From an uncultured Erysipelothrix sp. (GTDB taxonomy: Bacteria; Bacillota_I; Bacilli_A; Erysipelotrichales; Erysipelotrichaceae), in NCBI GenBank assembly GCA_965365985.1, contig CBDUDQ010000001.1:1-59024 (forward strand): DNA of 59,024 nt, in the 5' to 3' direction. How positions within the stretch are numbered: position 1 is the stretch's first letter; every line of letters starts with the position of its first letter. The notes under the pieces are model-generated. The model had not been told where the DNA came from and did no database searches. It saw only the letters and a program-made list of their open reading frames with translations. A program made the position numbers and the translations under genes. Below, piece by piece: positions 9,333 through 19,451 of the stretch.

Positions 9333-12300
9333 ATGAACGATATCATCAATAAAATTGGGATGAGTGACACTCATAAGGTTTACTTTAAAGATTCTGAAAT
9401 CGAAGAGGTAAAGTATCTTCCAAATACAAAACAAATTAATTTAGTTCTTAAAATGAATAAGGCATTGCCTTATGGAATTTATCAATCATTTGTAAAAGTG
9501 TTCAAAAACTACACTCAAACAAATGTCAGTGTTATCATCAAGGCTCAATCATCAAACCTTGATTTTTTAAACATCTCTTCATACGTTAAATATCTCACTC
9601 AAGACACAGAAAGTTTAAGAGCCATTCGCTCTTGCACACTTAATCTTGAAGACGATAAACTTTTTTTTAACTGCGTTGATGATTTTCATAAAGAAGAAAC
9701 CACTGAGTCAATCGATCTCCTAAAAGAGGCAATGATGCTTCTTGGAATTGACATTGAGTGCGAAGCAAGAGTTCTGAAATTTGAAGCAGAACCTGAAATT
9801 TTTGAAATGCCTGCACAGGTTAAGACTGATGTGATAGAAAAGAAACAAGGAAGTCTATATCAAAAGAAGCTCAATGGACGTGCACAATACAATCTTGTTA
9901 AATTATCTGTGCTCAAAGAACAAGCCCACCAAGTGGCTGTTATTGGGAAAATATTTGATGTCGAAAGTAGGGAAACTAGAACTGGAAGTTTCATAGTCAA
10001 ATATTCTTTTTCAGATGGAGAACACGCCATAATGATTTCAACTTTTGCCAATACAGAAGATGAAATATTTAAAAAAGGGATTTGTTTAAAAGTTTATGGA
10101 AATTATATTTTTGATTCTCGTTATGAAAAAGATTATGTTTTCAAGATGGATTATTTTGATGAAGTATCTGATATTTTTGTGCGATATGATACTGCGGATC
10201 AAAAAAGAGTTGAGTTTCATACTCATACAAACTTCTCTGAAATGGATGGAATCAGTGACGTTTCAGAATACATTGATCAGGCCTTACAGTGGGGTCACCC
10301 TGGACTTGTAATTACAGATCATGTGGGTGTACAGTCTTTCCCAAAAGCTTATAAAGCACTTAAAGCGCTTAAGAAAAAATACAATAATGATGATTTTAAA
10401 CTGGGTTACGGATTAGAAATGAATCTGACTCATAAAGACTTAAGAATTGTATCTAACGGTAATGGGACAGAGCTTCTACAGGAAGGTTCTTATGTTGCGT
10501 TTGACCTTGAGACAACTGGATTATCTACTGAGTATGATCATATTATAGAATTTGGGGCTGTTTTAATTGAAAATGGAAAAACAGTTTCTAAAAAACAATT
10601 TTTCATAAAGCCACCGGTTAAAATTAGTGATTTTACTACCAAACTCACTGGCATTACACAAAATGATGTCAATCATGCAAAACCGCTTGAGCAGTCAATT
10701 GATGACATTCTTGATTATATAAAAGATCATACCCTGGTTGCACATAATGCGCTTTTTGATCTTGATTTTTTACAAGCAGCAATGATTAAAACCAATCGCA
10801 AAAAAATAAACAACACAGTTATCGATACTTTAGATTTATCACGCACGATGTATGAAGGCAGACGCGCTTATCGATTGGGTTCAATTGCCAGACTGCTTAA
10901 GATTCCTTATGATGAAGCAATCGCACATAGGGCTGATTATGATGCTGAGGTTTTAAGTTTGGTGTTTTTGGCGATGCTTCGCGATGAAAAACTTCAAGAT
11001 TTTAAAACTGTCATTGATTTACAGTTATTATCAGATGTAAATGCATTTGCAAAAGGTCGTATAACACACTTAAATGTCATTGCAAAAAACCAAGCAGGAT
11101 TGAAGAATATTTATGAATTGGTTAGTTTATCTCACACAAAATATTTAACTGATTTTGGACAACCGAGAATTATTAAAGATGAATTGATTAAAAGACGGAG
11201 TAATTTATTGATTGGTGCCGGTTGTACTCAATCTGATATTTTTGAAATTGCCTCTAATAAATCTGATGAACAATTGGATGAAGCCATTTCTTTTTATGAT
11301 TATGTAGAAATATTACCTCTTGATTTATATGCTCCTGTGATTGAAAGAGGCGCAATTAAGGATCAAGAACAACTTAAAAAGGTATTGAATCGCATCATAT
11401 TCAGTGCTCAAAAACAAGATATAGTTGTAATCGCAAGTGGGGATGCGCATTATAATATGCCATCTCAAAAACTTGTTCGAGATGTTTATATTTCTGCTCA
11501 AGGATTGGGTGGGGCGCGTCACCCACTTTACATTTATGATAATGAACGCCGTGCTCGCTTTGAAGCACCAGATCAGCACTTCAGAACTACCACTGAAATG
11601 ATGGGGGCATATGATCATTATGGTCATGCAATGGCTTATGATTTGGTAATAAAAAATCCAAAAATGTTATTAGAAAAAATTGACGCTGGAATCATGCCAG
11701 TTAAAGATAAACTGTACACTCCTTCCTTAGAAAATTCAGACACTTTATTAAAAGAGATTGTCTATACTAATGCGAATAAGAGATATGGAATACCGCTGCC
11801 TGAAATTGTTTCTGCGCGAATTGAAAGAGAATTGAAATCAATTCTTGGACACGGTTATGGTGTTATTTATTATATTTCTCATCTTCTGGTGAAAAAAAGT
11901 CTTAATGATGGTTATCTTGTGGGTTCACGGGGGTCAGTGGGATCCAGTTTGGTTGCTACGATGGCAGAAATAACAGAAGTGAATCCGTTACCACCCCATT
12001 ACGTATGTTTGAACTGTCATAACCAAGAATTCTTTTTGAATGCAGAATATGCATCTGGTTTTGATTTGGCTCCAAAGAAATGTGAAAAGTGTGGTCATGA
12101 TATGCACTGTGATGGTCAGGACATTCCTTTTGAAACCTTCCTGGGATTTGAAGGGGATAAAGTTCCGGATATAGATTTAAACTTTTCAGGTGATTATCAA
12201 GAAAAAGCACATGCTTACACAAAGGAAATCTTTGGTGATGATTATGTTTTTAAAGCTGGTACCATTTCTACAGTAGCTCAAAAAACTGCTTTTGGTTATG

Positions 12301-13613
12301 TATTGGGTTATAACGAAACCAATAACTTTAATCACAGTTCCAATGCATGGAATACTTATTTGGCCAGTGTGGCTGAAGGGGTTAAACGTACAAGCGGTCA
12401 ACATCCAGGTGGGATTATAGTTGTTCCGAGTGATATGAACATCCATGATTTTTCTCCAATCCAATATCCTGCTAATAACAAGGATTCAGCTTGGTATACA
12501 ACTCACTTTGAATTTCATGACATTGATGACAATGTATTGAAACTTGATATTCTGGGACATGTGGATCCAACCGCAATGAAACTTCTAGAGAAGCTTACAG
12601 GTGTTGACATTAATACTGTGCCGCTAAATGATCCCAAAGTTTTATCTTTGTTTGGTTCTGTTGAAGCGTTGGGGGTTGATGAGCGATACTATCATGAGAT
12701 TACTGGAGGATTGGGTTTACCTGAGTTTGGGACACCATTTGTGCGTCAAATGCTTGAGGCCACCCGTCCTGATAAGTTTTCAGATTTGGTTCAGATTTCT
12801 GGATTGTCTCATGGTACCGATGTGTGGAGAAATAATGCTCAAGATTTAATTAAACAAGGATTGAGTTTAGATGAGGTTATTGGGTGTCGTGATGACATCA
12901 TGGTGTTTTTAATGCAAGCTGGATTAAAAAACAAAGAAGCGTTCGATATTATGGAGTCAGTTCGTAAGGGTCGCGGATTAAGAGATGAGTGGATTGATTC
13001 TATGAAATCTCATAATGTGCCTGATTGGTATATTGATTCTTGTCTTAAAATTAAGTATATGTTTCCAAAGGCTCATGCGGTTGCTTACGTTATGATGGCT
13101 GTTAGGATTGCTTGGTTTAAGGTTTATTATCCTCGAGCTTATTATGCTGTGTATTTTACATTAAGATCCAATGCTTATGAAATTGAGACAATGTCAAAAG
13201 ACATCACTGCGGTTAATGCAAGATTAAATGCAATTAACGGCGCCTTAAGAAACTTTGAAACAGCGCGCGATGTCAGTTTAAAAGATAAAAACTTAGTTGA
13301 TACTTTAGAGGTTACTTCTGAATTAATCAGCAGAGGATTCAAAGTTTCGAATATTGATTTGTTGCGTTCGAATGCAATAGAGTGGCAGTTGGATGACCAG
13401 GATGACAAGGCAGTATTACCCCCGTTTTCGATCATTGATGGACTCGGTGCTAACGTTGCCAATGGTATTGTTAGGGCTCGTGAGGAACGTGCATTTATTT
13501 CTAAGAAAGATCTAATGCAACGGGGTGGGGTCAGTAATTCGCTTGTTAAAAAGTTGGATGACCTTGGAATCACTTCGCACCTACAAGATTCCAACCAAAT
13601 GAGTTTGTTTTGA
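9333..13613 (+). CDS. polC: DNA polymerase III PolC-type
   Basis: PHP motif HTHTNFSEMDG, inserted exonuclease FDLETTG/HNA.FD/HRADYD, GSRGSVGSS, Zn finger, KVPDIDLNFSG, KYMFPKAHA. Confidence 0.98.
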   Translation: MNDIINKIGMSDTHKVYFKDSEIEEVKYLPNTKQINLVLKMNKALPYGIYQSFVKVFKNYTQTNVSVIIKAQSSNLDFLNISSYVKYLTQDTESLRAIRSCTLNLEDDKLFFNCVDDFHKEETTESIDLLKEAMMLLGIDIECEARVLKFEAEPEIFEMPAQVKTDVIEKKQGSLYQKKLNGRAQYNLVKLSVLKEQAHQVAVIGKIFDVESRETRTGSFIVKYSFSDGEHAIMISTFANTEDEIFKKGICLKVYGNYIFDSRYEKDYVFKMDYFDEVSDIFVRYDTADQKRVEFHTHTNFSEMDGISDVSEYIDQALQWGHPGLVITDHVGVQSFPKAYKALKALKKKYNNDDFKLGYGLEMNLTHKDLRIVSNGNGTELLQEGSYVAFDLETTGLSTEYDHIIEFGAVLIENGKTVSKKQFFIKPPVKISDFTTKLTGITQNDVNHAKPLEQSIDDILDYIKDHTLVAHNALFDLDFLQAAMIKTNRKKINNTVIDTLDLSRTMYEGRRAYRLGSIARLLKIPYDEAIAHRADYDAEVLSLVFLAMLRDEKLQDFKTVIDLQLLSDVNAFAKGRITHLNVIAKNQAGLKNIYELVSLSHTKYLTDFGQPRIIKDELIKRRSNLLIGAGCTQSDIFEIASNKSDEQLDEAISFYDYVEILPLDLYAPVIERGAIKDQEQLKKVLNRIIFSAQKQDIVVIASGDAHYNMPSQKLVRDVYISAQGLGGARHPLYIYDNERRARFEAPDQHFRTTTEMMGAYDHYGHAMAYDLVIKNPKMLLEKIDAGIMPVKDKLYTPSLENSDTLLKEIVYTNANKRYGIPLPEIVSARIERELKSILGHGYGVIYYISHLLVKKSLNDGYLVGSRGSVGSSLVATMAEITEVNPLPPHYVCLNCHNQEFFLNAEYASGFDLAPKKCEKCGHDMHCDGQDIPFETFLGFEGDKVPDIDLNFSGDYQEKAHAYTKEIFGDDYVFKAGTISTVAQKTAFGYVLGYNETNNFNHSSNAWNTYLASVAEGVKRTSGQHPGGIIVVPSDMNIHDFSPIQYPANNKDSAWYTTHFEFHDIDDNVLKLDILGHVDPTAMKLLEKLTGVDINTVPLNDPKVLSLFGSVEALGVDERYYHEITGGLGLPEFGTPFVRQMLEATRPDKFSDLVQISGLSHGTDVWRNNAQDLIKQGLSLDEVIGCRDDIMVFLMQAGLKNKEAFDIMESVRKGRGLRDEWIDSMKSHNVPDWYIDSCLKIKYMFPKAHAVAYVMMAVRIAWFKVYYPRAYYAVYFTLRSNAYEIETMSKDITAVNARLNAINGALRNFETARDVSLKDKNLVDTLEVTSELISRGFKVSNIDLLRSNAIEWQLDDQDDKAVLPPFSIIDGLGANVANGIVRAREERAFISKKDLMQRGGVSNSLVKKLDDLGITSHLQDSNQMSLF

Positions 13614-13627
13614 TACATTCAAGGTGA

Positions 13628-13656
13628 TTGAAATGCTTCAATGATTGGTGTATAAT
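13628..13656 (+). promoter_or_regulatory. SigA-type promoter of the rimP-nusA-infB operon
   Basis: TTGAAA (13628-13633), 17-bp spacer, TATAAT (13651-13656). Confidence 0.8.
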
Positions 13657-13673
13657 ATACGTATAGATTAAGC

Positions 13674-13695
13674 AAGGAGTGGGCGACCACTCCTT
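13674..13695 (+). promoter_or_regulatory. rimP-leader RNA hairpin
   Basis: Perfect 9-bp stem aaggagtgg/ccactcctt closed by a GNRA tetraloop (GCGA), between the promoter and the rimP SD. Matches the described rimP leader architecture. Confidence 0.8.
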
Positions 13696-13718
13696 AACTA
13701 TTGTCCAAAGGAGTGAAT

Positions 13719-14150
13719 ATGGAAAAATATTTGAATGTTTTAATGCCAATTGCTACAGAACTAGGATTGGAAATTGTAGAAGCGAATCTTGTGAGTCGCG
13801 ATTTATTGGAGTTAAGTATATCACGCTTGGACTTTGGTACAACGGATCTTGATACAGTACGCTTGGCTGCTGAGAAATTTGGCGAAGCAGTTAATTTTGA
13901 TATCGGTTTGGATGTGGGGTCTGCGGGAGCGGAACGCTTGGTAAGACCTGAGCATTACCACTCTTTGTTAGATCAATATATTTTAATTAAGTTTAAGAAT
14001 CCAATTAAAAATGCTGATTATGTTGAAGGCCTTGTGCTGGAATTGTCTGATAGTGCGATTCGCATTTCATATCGACAAATGCATGCCACCAAAGAAATTG
14101 AAATCGATTTAGAAAATATCGACTATCTGCGTTTAGCAGTGAAAGTTTAA
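13719..14150 (+). CDS. rimP: Ribosome maturation factor RimP
   Basis: First gene of the nusA operon; LDVGSAGAER resembles the LEVSSPG.ER motif. ATG at 13719 follows an AAGGAG SD and is preferred to the TTG at 13701. Confidence 0.9.
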   Translation: MEKYLNVLMPIATELGLEIVEANLVSRDLLELSISRLDFGTTDLDTVRLAAEKFGEAVNFDIGLDVGSAGAERLVRPEHYHSLLDQYILIKFKNPIKNADYVEGLVLELSDSAIRISYRQMHATKEIEIDLENIDYLRLAVKV

Positions 14151-14161
14151 GGAGAATATGA

Positions 14162-15745
14162 ATGAATATTAATAATGTAGTATTGGCGATGCAAGAGATT
14201 GAAAAAGATCGTAATATTTCAAAAGAAGTTATCATCGATGCACTTGAAGACTCTTTGATTAAAGCTTACAGACGTCAAATCAACGTTCCAGATGCTTTGG
14301 TAGATGTTGAAATTGACCCTGAGACAGCTGAAATGAGATTATTTCACAAATTTTTAGTGGTTGATGAAGTAACGGATGATGAATTAGAAGTAGACGTTGA
14401 GGAAATAAAAGAAAAAAATGACACGCTTGAAGTTGGGGACTATTATAAAGTAGAACAACCTATCGCTGATTTGGGTCGCGCAGCAGCAACACTTGCTAAA
14501 AATGTGATCAAACAAAAAATTAGAGAAGCTGAAAAACAAGGTGTGTATGACGAATATATTGATCAACTTGGCGAAATGATTATGGCTATGGTTGAATCAG
14601 TTGAAGAGAAATTTGTCGTTGTTAATCTTGGTAAATCACTTGCAGTGATGCCAAAAGCAGCACAAATTGAAGGTGAGTACTACCGTGAAGGACAAACTCT
14701 TAAAGTTGTCATCACAGAAGTAAACCGTGACACAAAGGGTGCTCAAATATTAGTATCTCGTGCAGATGCAATGTTAGTGCGTCGATTGTTTGAAACTGAA
14801 GTGCCTGAAATATTTGATGGTCAAGTTGAAATTAAAGCCATTGCTCGTGAAGCGGGAGATCGTACTAAAGTTGCGGTTTACTCTCATGACTCAGACATTG
14901 ATGCTATTGGTGCTTGCATTGGACCCCGCGGTTCAAGAGTTCAAGCCATCATTGAAGAATTAAAAGGTGAAAAAATTGATATCTTCGAATGGTCAGAAGA
15001 TATGATAGAGCTTATTAAAAATGCATTGGCTCCTGCAGAAATATTAGCAGTATTCCCAAATGAATCTCAAAAAGGTCTCATGGTTATTGTAGAAGACAAT
15101 CAGTTGTCCTTGGCAATTGGTAAAAGAGGTAAGAATGCTCGATTGGCTGTTCGTTTAACGAAACAACGCATCGACATTAAGTCCGAGTCTGATGCAAAAG
15201 AAATGAACTTGGATTTTGTTGCTCTAATGGCTGCTTACCAAGCAGAAATCAATGCAGAGAACGTGGTTGAGGAAGCAATTGAAACGGTGGAAACACAAGA
15301 AACAGCTGAAGAGATTGTAGAAATTGTTGAAGCTGCGGAAGAAGAAACAATAGAAATTGCTGAATCTGATCCAATTATTGAGACTGTTGAAGAAACACTT
15401 GTTGAGCCTGAAACAGTTGAAGAAGAAACAGTCAAAATTGATCGTAAAGATATTTTCAGACCTCGTACAGAGTATGTTTCTAAATTTGAAGCACTTGCAA
15501 ATGCATCAAAACAACAAACACCAGCGGGTACATCATACAAACGCCGTCCAAAATATGGCGAACGTGAAAAAACAGAACCAGTGAATACAGCTGAACTTCT
15601 AAAAGAAATGGATTATGAAATTGTTCCTGAATATTCTGAAGAAGAACTTGAACAAATTCGTCTAAGAGAAGAAAAAGAAGAGAGCTCATGGATTGAAGAT
15701 GAAATTGATTTCGATGAGTTTGATGAATTCTACGACGTTGAGTAA
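14162..15745 (+). CDS. nusA: Transcription factor NusA with long acidic C-terminal extension
   Basis: S1 and KH domains: AREAGDRTKVAV, GACIGPRGSRV, LAIGKRGKNARLA; followed by a ~170-aa Glu-rich tail. Confidence 0.98.
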   Translation: MNINNVVLAMQEIEKDRNISKEVIIDALEDSLIKAYRRQINVPDALVDVEIDPETAEMRLFHKFLVVDEVTDDELEVDVEEIKEKNDTLEVGDYYKVEQPIADLGRAAATLAKNVIKQKIREAEKQGVYDEYIDQLGEMIMAMVESVEEKFVVVNLGKSLAVMPKAAQIEGEYYREGQTLKVVITEVNRDTKGAQILVSRADAMLVRRLFETEVPEIFDGQVEIKAIAREAGDRTKVAVYSHDSDIDAIGACIGPRGSRVQAIIEELKGEKIDIFEWSEDMIELIKNALAPAEILAVFPNESQKGLMVIVEDNQLSLAIGKRGKNARLAVRLTKQRIDIKSESDAKEMNLDFVALMAAYQAEINAENVVEEAIETVETQETAEEIVEIVEAAEEETIEIAESDPIIETVEETLVEPETVEEETVKIDRKDIFRPRTEYVSKFEALANASKQQTPAGTSYKRRPKYGEREKTEPVNTAELLKEMDYEIVPEYSEEELEQIRLREEKEESSWIEDEIDFDEFDEFYDVE

Positions 15746-15763
15746 TCCCTTGAAGGAGATAAG

Positions 15764-16018
15764 ATGAAGAAAATACCGATGAGAAAGTGTGTTGTCACAC
15801 AAACTCAACATCCAAAAAATGAATTAATTCGGGTGGTCTTAAGTCCTGAAAACGAAATATGCATTGACCCTTCAGGAAAAATGAATGGTCGTGGTGCTTA
15901 TCTTCAAAAAGATCTTGAAGTTATAGAGAAAGCAAAAAAAAATAAATCATTGGATCGTGCCTTAAAAGCAAAAATTCCAGATGAAATATTTGAGAGTTTA
16001 ATAACATATGTACGATAA
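15764..16018 (+). CDS. ylxR: YlxR/RnpM family RNA-binding protein
   Basis: KKIPMRKCV, GRGAY motif, position after nusA. Confidence 0.95.
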   Translation: MKKIPMRKCVVTQTQHPKNELIRVVLSPENEICIDPSGKMNGRGAYLQKDLEVIEKAKKNKSLDRALKAKIPDEIFESLITYVR

Positions 16019-16337
16019 ACAAAGATTTCTATCAGCCCTTGGCTTGATGAAGCGCGCCGGTAAATTAGTTTACGGTGATGACCTAATGCCTTCAATTACT
16101 AAGAATAAAATTCGAATGGTAGTGTTGGCTCATGATACGAGCGATAGAAGTAAGAAACAAATTACAGATAAGGCTGCTTTCTATGGAGTGGAAGTCATAG
16201 AATTTCCTTCCCGAGAAGACTTATCTATAGCAATAGGCATGCATAACCGCACAGCGGTTGGTATTGCTGATCATGGATTTATCAAGATGTTAAAATCTTG
16301 CAAAGTAGAAAAAGAAGAGGTGACGCAATATGAGTAA
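16008..16337 (+). CDS. ylxQ: L7Ae/YlxQ family RNA-binding protein
   Basis: LGLMKRAGKLVYG and LSIAIG motifs; lies between ylxR and infB. Confidence 0.92.
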   Translation: MYDKQRFLSALGLMKRAGKLVYGDDLMPSITKNKIRMVVLAHDTSDRSKKQITDKAAFYGVEVIEFPSREDLSIAIGMHNRTAVGIADHGFIKMLKSCKVEKEEVTQYE

Positions 16338-18183
16338 TAAACGTAGAGGAAGAAATAAAAGACAAGGAAATAAAAATAGAGGTAAGCGTACAGAAGAGGT
16401 GTTTACACCAAAAAATGACGTCGTAGTTACAGAAATTGAGTATAGCGAAGGTATTTCAGTAGAAGAGTTAGCGAAATTAATCAACAAATCTCCTGCAGAT
16501 ATCATTAAGTTATTATTCATGATGGGTAAAATGGTTACCATCAATACTAATATTGATGATGAAACCATTGAACTTATCTGTATGGAATTTGAAATTGAAG
16601 CAACTAAAGTTGACGCTCCAGAAGTTGTTGACACATTGACTCTTGCTGATGATGAAGCAGAACTTGAAACTAATTTAGTTGCAAGACCTGCTATTGTTAC
16701 TATTATGGGTCACGTTGACCATGGTAAAACTACGACTTTAGATACAATCAGAAAATCTGATGTTGTTACTGGAGAACATGGTGGGATTACACAACATATC
16801 GGTGCATACCAAATTAAATACAATGATAAAAAGATTACATTCTTAGATACACCAGGTCACGAGGCCTTTACAGCAATGCGTGCTCGTGGAGCCAGTGTCA
16901 CTGATATTGTTATCGTAGTTGTTGCTGCAGATGATGGTGTCATGCCACAAACAAGAGAAGCGGTTGACCATGCAAAAGCTGCAGGCGTTCCTTTAATTGT
17001 TGCAATCAACAAAATCGATAAACCAAACACAAACTTTGACAGAATTTATTCTGAATTTGCTGACCTTGGTGTTATGACTGAAGAATGGGGTGGAGAAACC
17101 GCATTCGTTAAGATTTCAGCTAAAACAGGAGAAGGTATCGATAATCTATTGGATACCGTATTACTTGCAACTGAACTTGAAGAGTTAACAGCAAACCCAA
17201 ATCGTTTAGCATTTGGTAGTGTTATTGAAGCCAAACTTGATAAGAGCCGTGGCCCAGTAGCTACACTACTCATTCAAAAAGGAACTTTAAAACAAGGGGA
17301 TCCAGTCGTAGTAGGAACAACGTTCGGTCGAGTTCGTAAAATGACAGATCATCTTGGAAATGAACTTCTTGAAGCACTTCCATCAACACCAGTTGAAATT
17401 ATTGGTTTACATGATGTACCAGTTGCAGGAGATATGTTTAGAGCTTTCCCTGATGAAAAGAGTTCTCGTGCAGTTGCTGATAAACGAAGCATTGCAAGAG
17501 TTGAAACTGAAAGAAGTCAATCTTCAGCTTTAAGTTTAGATGATTTATCTCAACAAATTGCTGATGGTGACATTCAAGAAATTAATGTTATTTTAAAAAC
17601 AGATGTACAAGGTTCTGCGGAAGCAGTTAAAGCATCATTTGAAAAAATTGATGTCCAAGACATTCGTATTAACGTAATACGCGCTACTGTTGGTGGAATC
17701 ACTGAAAACGACATTATGTTAGCAAGTGCTTCAAATGCCATCATTATTGGGTTTAATATCCGTCCTACAGCTGCTATTCGTAAAAAAGCTGAAGACACAG
17801 GTGTTGAATTGCGTCTTTACAATATTATCTATAAAGCAATCGAAGCCATGGAAGCTGCCATGAAGGGGATGCTTGCTCCTGTCTTTGAAGAAGTCATTCA
17901 CGGACAAGCGGAAGTGCGCGAACTTTATAAAGTATCTAAAGTGGGTACTATTGCAGGTTGTATGGTTACTGACGGAAAAATGGTCAGAGAATCAAGCATT
18001 CGTTTAATCAGAGACAGCATTGTTGTTTATGAAGGAAACATGAGTACTTTAAAACGTTTCCAAGATGATGTTAAAGAAGTTGCTAAAGGTTTCGAATGTG
18101 GAATCACAATCGCAAACTTCAATGATCTTAGAGAAGGGGACACCATCGAATCATTCGGTGAAGTCCAAGTGGAGGCAAAATAA
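16330..18183 (+). CDS. infB: Translation initiation factor IF-2 (short N-terminus)
   Basis: [35 protein letters not shown]. Confidence 0.99.
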   Translation: MSNKRRGRNKRQGNKNRGKRTEEVFTPKNDVVVTEIEYSEGISVEELAKLINKSPADIIKLLFMMGKMVTINTNIDDETIELICMEFEIEATKVDAPEVVDTLTLADDEAELETNLVARPAIVTIMGHVDHGKTTTLDTIRKSDVVTGEHGGITQHIGAYQIKYNDKKITFLDTPGHEAFTAMRARGASVTDIVIVVVAADDGVMPQTREAVDHAKAAGVPLIVAINKIDKPNTNFDRIYSEFADLGVMTEEWGGETAFVKISAKTGEGIDNLLDTVLLATELEELTANPNRLAFGSVIEAKLDKSRGPVATLLIQKGTLKQGDPVVVGTTFGRVRKMTDHLGNELLEALPSTPVEIIGLHDVPVAGDMFRAFPDEKSSRAVADKRSIARVETERSQSSALSLDDLSQQIADGDIQEINVILKTDVQGSAEAVKASFEKIDVQDIRINVIRATVGGITENDIMLASASNAIIIGFNIRPTAAIRKKAEDTGVELRLYNIIYKAIEAMEAAMKGMLAPVFEEVIHGQAEVRELYKVSKVGTIAGCMVTDGKMVRESSIRLIRDSIVVYEGNMSTLKRFQDDVKEVAKGFECGITIANFNDLREGDTIESFGEVQVEAK

Positions 18184-18527
18184 TGTCAGTTAAAAAAGAA
18201 CGTATCGAGTCAATTATTAAAAAAGAATTGGCACCAATTATCATTCGTTTGAATGATCCAAGTTTGAAATTTGTGAGTGTAACTGACGTTACAGTTACAA
18301 ATGACTTATCTTTTGCTTATATCTATGTAAGTTTTTTAGATGAAAAAGATAAAGAAAAAGGCATCATCGCTTTGACTAAAGCAAAAGGGATGTTACGTAC
18401 TGAAATCAGTAAAACATTGTCTACACGCCGTTCACCAGAACTCATCATCAAATTGGATGAGTCTATCGAACAAGGAAATATAATCGAAAACATTCTTTCA
18501 GAAATAAAGAAAGAAGAAACTGAATAA
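18183..18527 (+). CDS. rbfA: 30S ribosome-binding factor A
   Basis: VSVTDVTVTNDLSFA, RRSPEL...D.S; follows infB. Confidence 0.95.
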   Translation: MSVKKERIESIIKKELAPIIIRLNDPSLKFVSVTDVTVTNDLSFAYIYVSFLDEKDKEKGIIALTKAKGMLRTEISKTLSTRRSPELIIKLDESIEQGNIIENILSEIKKEETE

Positions 18528-18531
18528 ATTT

Positions 18532-18564
18532 AAAAAAGGGAGCCAATTGTGGCTTCCTATTTTT
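18532..18564 (+). terminator. Intrinsic terminator after rbfA
   Basis: gggagcca-attg-tggcttcc stem followed by tattttt. Confidence 0.7.
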
Positions 18565-18617
18565 ACCTTTAGTTTTAATTCGATTCATTGTATAATAAAC
18601 ATAGAAATGAGGCTTAT

Positions 18618-19451
18618 ATGGACGGAATACTGTTAATTAATAAACCGCAGAATATGACATCGTTTGATGTTGTCGCAAGAGTAAGACGCATTATGAATGC
18701 AAAAGTTGGACATGCTGGAACCTTAGATCCTATGGCGAGCGGTGTGCTTGTTTTGGCTCTTAACAAAGCAACCAAAGCTCTAAATTATTTAGGATTAGAA
18801 GATAAGACTTATCTGGCCACTCTCACTTTGGGAAAAACTTATCATACGGGTGATGTTTGGGGAGATCTTGTTGAAGAAAAAGTAATACAATCTTTTGATG
18901 AAGAAACTCTTTTAGAAGTCCTTGACAGTTTCAAAGGAAGAAGTGAACAAAGAGTACCCAAGGTCAGTGCAAAAAAAATAGATGGAAAGCGTTCATATGA
19001 TTATGTTTTTGAACAACAAGAAGTCAAACAACTTTACACCAACATTGAGATTGATCAAATAAACCTAATTTCTTATGATAATCAAACTATCACATTTACG
19101 GCATCAGTCTCTAATGGGACTTACATCCGCACTTTATGTGAGGATATAGCTCAGAAACTGAATAACTTAGGTGCGATGTCAGCTTTAGAAAGAACAAGCG
19201 TTGGTCCTTATACTTTGGACGATTGTATCCGACTTGAAGATTTAGAATTATCAAGTAAATATATTAAAACAAAAGATGCAATTCGCGTTCATACAATTCA
19301 TGATTCAAGTTTAGAAGAAAAAGTAATGAACGGAAAAAGGATTCAACTTGATACTGAAGAGGATCAAGTATTCATTGATGCAGGATCATATTATGCAATA
19401 TATGAAAGAGAACAGGACACTCAGTTTAAATCTGTTAGGGGGCTATGGTAA
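18618..19451 (+). CDS. truB: tRNA pseudouridine(55) synthase TruB
   Basis: MDGILLINKP, KVGHAGTLDP, GTYIRTL. ATG at 18618 follows a GAGG SD; TATAAT at 18591-18596 may be its -10 element. Confidence 0.96.
   Translation: MDGILLINKPQNMTSFDVVARVRRIMNAKVGHAGTLDPMASGVLVLALNKATKALNYLGLEDKTYLATLTLGKTYHTGDVWGDLVEEKVIQSFDEETLLEVLDSFKGRSEQRVPKVSAKKIDGKRSYDYVFEQQEVKQLYTNIEIDQINLISYDNQTITFTASVSNGTYIRTLCEDIAQKLNNLGAMSALERTSVGPYTLDDCIRLEDLELSSKYIKTKDAIRVHTIHDSSLEEKVMNGKRIQLDTEEDQVFIDAGSYYAIYEREQDTQFKSVRGLW

Noticed and set aside
9333..13613. Possible intein or insertion in polC
   Set aside because: The length (1426 aa) and domain order are normal for PolC. The PHP interruption is the usual exonuclease domain, and I saw no intein junction or LAGLIDADG motifs.
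13175..13618. 147-aa antisense ORF over the polC 3' end
   Set aside because: It is a shadow frame of a conserved gene, Ser-rich, with no recognisable motif.
15240..15440. Repetitive GAAGAAAC-rich DNA as a possible tandem repeat or CRISPR
   Set aside because: It is low-complexity Glu/Thr/Val coding sequence of the NusA tail, with no constant repeat-spacer period.
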